Source: Candidatus Bathyarchaeota archaeon | GTDB taxonomy: Archaea; Thermoproteota; Bathyarchaeia; Bathyarchaeales; Bathycorpusculaceae | Length of the DNA stretch: 64,000 nt | Direction: 5' to 3' | Assembly (NCBI GenBank): GCA_963715865.1 | Contig: OY970280.1 | Coordinates: 1,984,001-2,048,000 of the forward strand | Part shown: positions 56,881 to 64,000 of the stretch, in pieces | Numbering within the stretch: position 1 is the first letter of the stretch | Layout: every line of letters begins with the position of its first letter | Translations under genes and position numbers: made by a program | Notes under the pieces: model-generated | Told to the model about the DNA's origin: nothing | What the model saw: the letters and a program-made list of their open reading frames with translations, nothing else | The model's database searches: none

Positions 56881-57910
56881 AGAAGAGCCCCTCCAAGTAC
56901 TTCGCGTTGTATAATCGTTCCTTTAAATCAACGTTGAAGTAGTCTGCTATGGGCTGAAGGATTTCAGGATGGTTCTCGTATACTTTTCTGGCGTTTGCAA
57001 GGACTACTTCTAAGCCGTTGCGAGTCATTTTTCCCAAGGGTTGCCTGCTTGGACCAGACGGTATGCCTAACACGTTCATCAACGTCTTGTAAGCCAAGGG
57101 GTTGCGGGCTTTGCATGTTACTGCACCGTACGGTGTTTGTTCTTGTGTTTTAACGGTGACTATGCTGAATAGCGGTTGCAATGCTTGGGCGATTCTGCTG
57201 GCTTCTTCTTCGTTACCGTCTAGAATGTAGTGTGTCATGTCGGCTACTGCGCGGGGTGCAATGTTGGATGTAACTGAGATTACGCCGCTTGCGTTAATAT
57301 CTGGCGAAGTCATCATAGCAAAAGTTTTGTCATCATCACCCGAGAGGATGTCAAAGTCTTCGCCGCAGAGCCGGCGGGTTAACTTCATGTTTTCCAAATC
57401 ACCAGTGGCTTCCTTTACGCAGCGGACGTTTGGGTATTGCTGGTGAAGGATTGCGAGGTCTTGTGGGTAAAGTTGGGTTCCTGTTCTGCCTGGGATAATG
57501 TATGGGATTACTTGGATTTCAGGGAACTGCTGTGCGATTGGTTCGATGTATTCACGGCGTATTTCTAGTGAGCTTGGCCCGTTGTAGTATGGGTCTACGA
57601 GCAGAACGCATTTTACACCTATGTGCTGGGCGTGTTCTGTGCCTTCGATGGCTTCTTGAGTTGAGTTGCTTCCTGTTCCAGCTATGGTTAAGCATCTTCC
57701 GCCTGCCCATTCATGTGTTCTCTCGATTACCTTGTTGTGTTCATTCCAGTCTACGGTGGGGCTTTCACCGGTTGTGCCGACGGCGAGTATGCCTTTTACG
57801 CCTTCTTTTATTTGGAAATCTACTAGTTGACGTAAACCTTCGTAATCTACTTCGCGATTACGGGTCATGGGGGTTATTAGTGCAGTGTAACAACCACTGA
57901 ATGTTACCAT
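56873..57910 (-). CDS. dapA: 4-hydroxy-tetrahydrodipicolinate synthase
   Basis: TALITP, GTTGES, GTGSNST, PYY, YIIPGRTG, KEA, SGDD. Confidence 0.93.
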   Translation of the reverse strand: MVTFSGCYTALITPMTRNREVDYEGLRQLVDFQIKEGVKGILAVGTTGESPTVDWNEHNKVIERTHEWAGGRCLTIAGTGSNSTQEAIEGTEHAQHIGVKCVLLVDPYYNGPSSLEIRREYIEPIAQQFPEIQVIPYIIPGRTGTQLYPQDLAILHQQYPNVRCVKEATGDLENMKLTRRLCGEDFDILSGDDDKTFAMMTSPDINASGVISVTSNIAPRAVADMTHYILDGNEEEASRIAQALQPLFSIVTVKTQEQTPYGAVTCKARNPLAYKTLMNVLGIPSGPSRQPLGKMTRNGLEVVLANARKVYENHPEILQPIADYFNVDLKERLYNAKYLEGLFYA

Positions 57911-58085
57911 TTTAGATTCCTCATTATAGGTAGTGAATAATCACTAGCATGATATTTAAGCGTTACGTTTTACTTACTATTTTTACTAAAAACGAAATAT
58001 CCACTATATTAAGAGCCATTTTCAGTCAATAGTTTAACATTTTTAGTAAAGCTAACGCTAAAAAACTAAGTCCATGCTTTACTCT

Positions 58086-58385
58086 TTAATGACGCAAATA
58101 ATAAGCAGTAAAAACGCCATCGTAGCCACCGTAAAGCCTACGCAAATAAGCAACAGCATCACCAAGAGTCATAGCAGAAGGAAGAACCAACCTGTAATTA
58201 TCCGACCGCACAACTTCCGTCAACCTTCCCGTTTCCTTCTTCACTATCTTCAGCCTCAAAACGTTTGGACCTGATTGAAAAACAGCAACCTCTCCACGAT
58301 GGGAGTTGCCTTTTCGGATATCAATTGTCTTTTTACCTATCTTTAAACATTCGAACATTTCTTTTTTTGTAAGTAAAAGGGGCAA
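58086..58385 (-). CDS. ASCH/PUA-like domain protein
   Basis: L.IGKKTIDIRKG N-terminal motif. Confidence 0.6.
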   Translation of the reverse strand: MPLLLTKKEMFECLKIGKKTIDIRKGNSHRGEVAVFQSGPNVLRLKIVKKETGRLTEVVRSDNYRLVLPSAMTLGDAVAYLRRLYGGYDGVFTAYYLRH

Positions 58386-58505
58386 GTTGGCACCTTAAAT
58401 TTAAGATAAAACGACTAAAAGATAAGTTTTCAGTAAAAAAGCGAATAACAAATTTAAGATAAATATGAAAAAATGGGTTGGAGATTGAGAAGGATTTCTT
58501 GTGGT

Positions 58506-58703
58506 TTAACCTTTGCCTTTCTCTTCTTTACCGAAGTATTTGGTCCACTTGAGTTTACGTGCGTCTCGTTTGAATTGTAAGGAGCTTTTCTTGCATTTGC
58601 CAGAATCGAACCATAAAATAGATCCGTCGTTTTTAACGTACATCATGCCTGTACCAGCTGGGAAATCAGCACCACAGAACGAACATTTTCTTGATTTTGG
58701 CAT
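58506..58703 (-). CDS. rpl24e: 50S ribosomal protein L24e
   Basis: CSFCG...GTGMMYVKNDG...KC...RKLKWT. Confidence 0.95.
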   Translation of the reverse strand: MPKSRKCSFCGADFPAGTGMMYVKNDGSILWFDSGKCKKSSLQFKRDARKLKWTKYFGKEEKGKG

Positions 58704-58723
58704 GACAGTTTCTCCTGATTGTT

Positions 58724-58942
58724 TTATCTTGTGATTTTCTTTGCTTCTCTTTCTGTTTCCCGCAGCATCAAAATATCTTGAACTCGAACTGGTCCTTTAA
58801 CGTTACGTGTTATGATTCTGCCTTTATCTTTGCCTTCCATGATGCGCACTCGGACCTGTGTAATTTCACCAGTGACGCCCGTGCGACCAATGATTTGGAT
58901 AACTTCTGACGGAATAAGTTCTTCAGTCGCTTCTTTACTCAT
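58724..58942 (-). CDS. rps28e: 30S ribosomal protein S28e
   Basis: [11 protein letters not shown]...[18 protein letters not shown]. Confidence 0.96.
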   Translation of the reverse strand: MSKEATEELIPSEVIQIIGRTGVTGEITQVRVRIMEGKDKGRIITRNVKGPVRVQDILMLRETEREAKKITR

Positions 58943-59322
58943 TACTGAGATCCTCGTTTAACCTGGTCAATCCGAGTGATGATTTCTTTGATTAATCCTG
59001 CGGCTTCTCCTTCCTTGAGAATGCATGCTGCCGCGCATGGAACGTCTATACCTATTGCGTTGCCTATTTTGTCTTTGTTTGGAACGAACACGTAGGGGAT
59101 TTTTCGTTCTTCACAGAGAAGAGGTAAATGCGCTACCACTTCTGGCGGATCAACATCTTCAGCTATTACAACAAGTTTTGCTTGAGATCGCTCAACAGCT
59201 TTTGTTGCTTCGTTTGTTCCTTTCCTAACTACTCCTGATTTAGAAGCAATCGTTAGGGCTTCATAGGCTGCATCTACGATTTCTTTTGGTACTTCATATT
59301 TTACATAGAATGGTTTGGACAT
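58942..59322 (-). CDS. rpl7ae: 50S ribosomal protein L7Ae
   Basis: [33 protein letters not shown]. Confidence 0.96.
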   Translation of the reverse strand: MSKPFYVKYEVPKEIVDAAYEALTIASKSGVVRKGTNEATKAVERSQAKLVVIAEDVDPPEVVAHLPLLCEERKIPYVFVPNKDKIGNAIGIDVPCAAACILKEGEAAGLIKEIITRIDQVKRGSQ

Positions 59323-59484
59323 ATTAGCCTCACCCTTTTAAGGCACAGTCTTATCCACACTTCTTATTTAAGAAGCTTTCGACTCTAAAACGCCAGTCTA
59401 AACTTTCAGCTTTTAAAGCCCCTTAGAAAGCTTTAAATAAGCAACTACGGTCACCTACATGTTTTTCGAGAGGGGAATTGGCGT

Positions 59485-59733
59485 TTGCAAAAATTGGGCA
59501 GAGTGCGGGCGTTAACTCCGTCAAAAAACCTTATTGTAAAAGCCGAAAAAGCCCCTAAAATTGGCGCAGAAGTTGTTGACGAGAACCTAAAAATTATCGG
59601 CAAAATTTTTGACATTATAGGTCCAGTGTCCGCTCCTTATGCGGTGGTTAAACCAACCGTTAGTGAACCTGCTAAACTAGTGGATAAACCGGTGTACTTG
59701 CTTCTCTCGAAAACGAAATGGAGTAAAAAATGA
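59485..59733 (+). CDS. gar1: H/ACA RNP subunit Gar1/Naf1
   Basis: IGKIFDIIGPVSAPY; conserved position upstream of tfb. Confidence 0.85.
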   Translation: MQKLGRVRALTPSKNLIVKAEKAPKIGAEVVDENLKIIGKIFDIIGPVSAPYAVVKPTVSEPAKLVDKPVYLLLSKTKWSKK

Positions 59734-60702
59734 ATGAGTAGAGATAGCAAGCTACATGAAGAAATAGACCCATCTGCAAAAGCAGCAGAACCATCCAAAG
59801 TACAATCATGCCCTGAATGCGGCAGCACCCGAATTATGCGCGATTATGAATGCGCCGAAATAGTATGCATGGACTGCGGTTTCGTAGTAGCAGCCAAAAT
59901 AGCTGACCGAGGACCTGAATGGAGAGCCTTCGACGATGAGCAAAGGTCAAAAAGAACCAGAGTTGGAGCACCCTTAACATATACAATCCACGATAAAGGT
60001 TTATCAACAACCATTGATTGGCACGACCGAGACATTTATGGTAAAAGTCTCTCGCCCGGGCAGAAAGCGCAGGTTTATCGTCTTAGGAAATGGCAAAGGC
60101 GCATCAGAGTTTCAGACGCGACAGAACGGAACTTGGCATTCGCCCTTTCTGAAATCACCAAGATTTCTAATAATTTGAATCTTCCAAAAAACATTCTTGA
60201 AACAGCCTCAGTAATTTACCGAAAAGCAGTAAAAGAACGCCTAATCCGAGGCAGGTCAATTCAGGGTGTTACTTCAGCGGCGATTTACTTGGCATGCAGG
60301 CAATGCAGCTTACCTCGCACCTTAGACGAAATCGCTCAGTCGTCAACTGTAAACAAGAAAGAAGTTGGCAGAAGCTACCGTTTCCTAATCAGAGAATTAA
60401 ACTATTCCATTCCACCACTCAAACCAAGCCAATACATAACAAAGTTTTCTAACCAACTGACAATGCAAGGAAAAGTTGAAGAAATCGCCCACAAAATCTT
60501 GGCCGCAGCAAAAGAACTTAAACTCACGTCAGGCAGAGGACCGACTGGAATCGCGGCGGCAGCAAGTTACATAGCGTCTGTTTTAACGGGTGAAAGGAAA
60601 ACTCAGAGGGAAATCGCAGAGATTGCGCAGGTGACTGAGGTTACTATTCGGAATCGGTACAAAGAACTTGTTGAACGGTTGATGTTTCAAATAAGCATCT
60701 AA
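59734..60702 (+). CDS. tfb: Transcription initiation factor IIB
   Basis: CPECG Zn ribbon, GPEWRAF, RLRKWQ, two cyclin folds, [11 protein letters not shown]. Confidence 0.97.
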   Translation: MSRDSKLHEEIDPSAKAAEPSKVQSCPECGSTRIMRDYECAEIVCMDCGFVVAAKIADRGPEWRAFDDEQRSKRTRVGAPLTYTIHDKGLSTTIDWHDRDIYGKSLSPGQKAQVYRLRKWQRRIRVSDATERNLAFALSEITKISNNLNLPKNILETASVIYRKAVKERLIRGRSIQGVTSAAIYLACRQCSLPRTLDEIAQSSTVNKKEVGRSYRFLIRELNYSIPPLKPSQYITKFSNQLTMQGKVEEIAHKILAAAKELKLTSGRGPTGIAAAASYIASVLTGERKTQREIAEIAQVTEVTIRNRYKELVERLMFQISI

Positions 60703-60746
60703 TCAACCTTTTTTTATTTTTCGTTTTAAGCAAAGGGTTCAGGCAA

Positions 60747-61040
60747 ATGACTGATTCCAACACAAAAAACTCAGAAGCGCCAAAAATAGAAGAGTTAATT
60801 GGTAAACTTAAGGAAATACAGTTAGGGCTTAGACAAAATTTAGCCTATCTACAGCAGAAATTAGAAATACTTGATTCTAAGCCTGATTTGTTGAGTAGCC
60901 TGGAGAGTCTCAAGAAAGATGCAGAATCACGAGCCAGCGACCTTGAAGCGGAAGTAAAACAATTGCGAGAAGAGCTTAAATCCATTAAAGAGCTTTTAGG
61001 CTTGAACGTGGAAAGAAGTAATCCCGTGGATTCTCCGTAA
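60747..61040 (+). CDS. Hypothetical coiled-coil protein
   Basis: Heptad-rich 97-aa ORF. Confidence 0.55.
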   Translation: MTDSNTKNSEAPKIEELIGKLKEIQLGLRQNLAYLQQKLEILDSKPDLLSSLESLKKDAESRASDLEAEVKQLREELKSIKELLGLNVERSNPVDSP

Positions 61041-61084
61041 ATGCACAGTTATTTTTTTAAGCATGATAGCCGCTATGCTAATTC

Positions 61085-61699
61085 ATGCCCTACAAATTCA
61101 CATTCGACCTTTCAAAGGTTCCACGTTTCTTCTTCACTGAAATCGCCTTGATTAGCTATCAGAAGGGCATGCACAAAACTTTTCTTAAAAAATTACAAAA
61201 AATCATTTTAAAGTTTAGAATACAAGAAGCCACAGGACTAAATCTTTCCGATTCCTTAGTTTTGCTTCAGGACCTAATTGATTTGCAAGCAGTAAATATG
61301 ATAGAGCGAGGCAAGTTCTTGCAAACCAAGAGAAGAGCCCTTTTTCTGCCTCACTGCTCAAGAAAATACTTAGACAGCCGCTGCAAAGCAGTTTTTGACC
61401 CAAATATCCCGTCCTACACATGCTCCCACTGTTCAGAAGACTGCCTAGTTAACCAGTCTGACCACATAGCTAAAGAAAAAGGATACGACATTTACGTGTT
61501 GCCAGGCGGCTCCTGCATCCCCAAGATTCTGAAAAATACAAAGTATGAGGGCATAGTTGGCGTTGCATGCGGAGAAGAAATCAAAGTGTTGGGGCCGCTT
61601 TTGAACAGTATGGATGTGGCTGGGCAAGCAATACCGTTGATAAAGAATGGCTGTGCAAACACCATTTTCAACATGGAAACACTCGTAAAAGTTCTCTAA
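61085..61699 (+). CDS. DUF116 family protein
   Basis: LFLPHC, C..CS.DC, PGGS, GIVGVAC..E, GC.NT. Confidence 0.8.
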   Translation: MPYKFTFDLSKVPRFFFTEIALISYQKGMHKTFLKKLQKIILKFRIQEATGLNLSDSLVLLQDLIDLQAVNMIERGKFLQTKRRALFLPHCSRKYLDSRCKAVFDPNIPSYTCSHCSEDCLVNQSDHIAKEKGYDIYVLPGGSCIPKILKNTKYEGIVGVACGEEIKVLGPLLNSMDVAGQAIPLIKNGCANTIFNMETLVKVL

Positions 61700-62257
61700 C
61701 TTGCGACTTACTGCTTAAGTGAGAAGTTGAGGCCTAGCAAAAGCTTATAATTTTAACCTTCTCAAGAATAATAATTTGAAATAAATATCAAAAAAATACT
61801 ACAGAACCGGCGAAAAATGTCCAGAATCTGGGTTATATGCGCATTTCTGCAAACAGAAAGGTGAAAAGTCTAACATTCCATTATCGAAAACCGAGACTTT
61901 TCCGCCCTGTAGAACTTGCGGTTCAGTTAAATGGGTATTAGTAATGGCGGCATAGCAGGTCTTAACTTAAAAAAAGCCGGTGAAAAAACTACACAAGAAT
62001 AAGTCAGTAGGTAACAGCTTGGTCGCGCGCGCATCAACTCATCAGTGATAAAACTATAGTTTAGCTTTCCTTTTTGACTTTCTGGTTTTTTTGTTTTGAT
62101 CCCGTGCCAAAAGCTTATTATTGATTGGAATCTATATAACGAAAAAATTGGAAAACTGCGAGCGAAAAAACTTGGTGAACAGAAAGGCGACGTCAGCATC
62201 CAATCGGGCAATTCACGCCAATGAAGGAACCGTAACTAAATTTTTCGGCTGCTTTTT

Positions 62258-63073
62258 TTGGACCGGTCGGGATATCTCTTCATGAACGAGATTGAGCCTT
62301 GGCTTGAAATAACAACTGTCAGCAAGTGCGTTATAGACTGCAGTTTTTGTCCTCAAAAAGCTTTTGAAAAAAGTTATCATGGCTGCAAAAGCCTAAGTCT
62401 TGAAAATTTTAAGATTGCGTTATCGAGAGTACCCAAGAATATCGCGATTCACTTTTCAGGTTTTTCAGAACCTTTTCTGAACCCAGATTGCATAAACATG
62501 ATTGAGTATGCTCATTCAGAGGGTCACAAAATTGTCTTGTACTCGACTCTTGTAGGCTTGAGAACAGAAGATACGAAAAGACTCAAGGAATGCAATCCTC
62601 ACTTAGTTCTTCACTTGCCAGACAATCTGGGCAACGCTAAGATTCCAACGACAGAAATGTACACGGAGACGCTTATAGCGGTCCTAAAGACAATGCGTAT
62701 CGATGATATTAGTGTGATGAACGAGAATTTTGTCTCTAATGAGCGGGCTGGTCTCTGCCAAGGTGTTTCAGAGAGGTATTTACGCGGATATTTTTGTTGT
62801 CCAAAGCTTCTTGCTCCGCAGTGTGTTATGCTTCCAAACTGTGATGTCGTGTTATGCTGCATGGACTTTGGGCTAAGACATTGTCTCGGCAACCTTTTGG
62901 AACAGTCATTCAAGGACATTTTAAAATCATCAGAATATAAGAAACTGTGTTCCAGTCGTTTCAGAATGGATGACGACAGTATATGCAGGAAATGTGTGTG
63001 GGCAGTGCCGTTACATAGATGGTACATTAAATCTTACGTGAAACCAATCTTGTATAGAATTTTACGTGGTTGA
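62258..63073 (+). CDS. Radical SAM protein with SPASM/twitch domain
   Basis: CVIDCSFC (CX3CX2C), FSGFSEPFL, C-terminal VLCCMD...LGNL...CRKC; start uncertain. Confidence 0.85.
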   Translation: MDRSGYLFMNEIEPWLEITTVSKCVIDCSFCPQKAFEKSYHGCKSLSLENFKIALSRVPKNIAIHFSGFSEPFLNPDCINMIEYAHSEGHKIVLYSTLVGLRTEDTKRLKECNPHLVLHLPDNLGNAKIPTTEMYTETLIAVLKTMRIDDISVMNENFVSNERAGLCQGVSERYLRGYFCCPKLLAPQCVMLPNCDVVLCCMDFGLRHCLGNLLEQSFKDILKSSEYKKLCSSRFRMDDDSICRKCVWAVPLHRWYIKSYVKPILYRILRG

Positions 63074-63150
63074 TTGAACCGACTTTAACCATTGATTCTT
63101 TGTCGCGGAAAGTCAAACCATGCTTTTAAGTGTATCAGACTAAACCGACT

Positions 63151-64000
63151 TCAGCAATTGATTTTTCTGCGAAACATCTCCAAGTCTCTTAAGGCGTTCT
63201 CTCCGTTCAGGGAATGCTGAAGAATGTACCGTTTAATTCCAATGGCGTTGCCAGCGATTATTCCCCTCAATTGGCGGAGATCTTTGTTTTTCAACGTTGA
63301 AGCTAATCTAATAAGCGTGGAAAAAGTATGGCATGTTAACGACAACGACTTTTCCTTCTTGTACAGGCGGTAAAACAACAACTCAATTTCCGCCTGAAAA
63401 AGCATTGCTTCTCCATCAGAATGCTTGCGACTTAGAGTTTGACCGTGAGTAATGTGAAAAACTTTAGCTTTAGGATTGAAGACGAGGTTTCCTCCTTTCC
63501 TCCAAATGTACCACGCGAGAACCTGCTCATTTCTCGGGCTCAATATCCAAGAGTTATCAAACTGGAACCCTCGAATCGCTTTGCGTAAAACAGTCATATT
63601 CGCGCCAATTCCAAGAAAAGACGGGGTTATCTTTCTACGACTTCGCAAGTCAGCGAAGCTTCCTTCATTACCCACTTCACCTGCTCGAGTAATGTAATAA
63701 AAATACCCTCTTGCCCCCGGAATAGGCTTGTCAAAATAGTTTTGTTTAAATCGCCTAATAAAATTGGTCCGCGCGCCCGAAAAGGGCGGTATTAGTTGTT
63801 CGTTCAAACACTGGATTTTTCCGTTGTGAATTCTCGAAGAAATAACGTCACCGGCAACCCCAGCAACCCCCAAATCCTCGTAAGTCTTGGCATGTTCCTG
63901 CAACCAGTTCCTTGCTGGGATAGCATCATCATCAAGAAAGCCTATTATTTCGCCTCTTGCGCTTCTTAGACCTATGTTTAAGGCCTCTGTAAAGTATCCC
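63151..64000 (-). CDS. GT2 family glycosyltransferase (5' end outside the window)
   Basis: Frame extends past 63903 to the window edge: ALNIGLRSARGEIIGFLDDDAIP; later GANM and E..L motifs. Confidence 0.85.
   Translation of the reverse strand, partial: GYFTEALNIGLRSARGEIIGFLDDDAIPARNWLQEHAKTYEDLGVAGVAGDVISSRIHNGKIQCLNEQLIPPFSGARTNFIRRFKQNYFDKPIPGARGYFYYITRAGEVGNEGSFADLRSRRKITPSFLGIGANMTVLRKAIRGFQFDNSWILSPRNEQVLAWYIWRKGGNLVFNPKAKVFHITHGQTLSRKHSDGEAMLFQAEIELLFYRLYKKEKSLSLTCHTFSTLIRLASTLKNKDLRQLRGIIAGNAIGIKRYILQHSLNGENALRDLEMFRRKINC

Noticed and set aside
59351-59359. Perfect DnaA box TTATCCACA
   Set aside because: A single 9-mer in an archaeal promoter region, expected by chance; no ORB elements or cdc6 nearby
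61927-62211. 94-aa minus-strand ORF
   Set aside because: Low-complexity intergenic sequence with no recognisable motif
162-63697. Numerous 60-150 aa ORFs antisense or out of frame to confident genes (e.g. 162-401, 7037-7390, 10597-11043, 28791-29195, 55488-55913, 62611-63027)
   Set aside because: Shadow ORFs of well-supported genes with no independent motifs

Overview
Archaeal chromosomal window, most consistent with Bathyarchaeia (TACK). The evidence is archaeal TFB, L7Ae/S28e/L24e, Gar1, archease/RtcB, a BHB-intron tRNA and expanded PQQ-like and AsnC families; the taxon is inferred from gene content, not from a search. The core part holds gap-pgk (bacterial-type class I GAPDH), a truncated FBP aldolase/phosphatase, two alpha-glucan clusters (GT4, GH57, DUF5752-like domains), hypA with an Mrp-type ATPase, EndoQ, tldD/pmbA, rtcB, adk, archease, an M42 peptidase, an MtdA/B-type methylene-H4MPT dehydrogenase, a complete seven-gene DAP-aminotransferase lysine operon, ribosomal protein genes and tfb. 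The accessory part centres on tRNA-Gly(TCC) at 32146-32223. Downstream of it lie stacked degenerate copies of the tRNA 3' end that bracket an MNT-HEPN toxin-antitoxin mini-island and a PQQ-like propeller plus double-Lrp module; no integrase is visible. Upstream of it lies an AT-rich island of small membrane-protein genes, three of which share a near-identical 20-26 bp promoter/leader element. No CRISPR array, rRNA gene or transposase was recognised. Family calls come from motif recognition by eye and were not confirmed by any database search.
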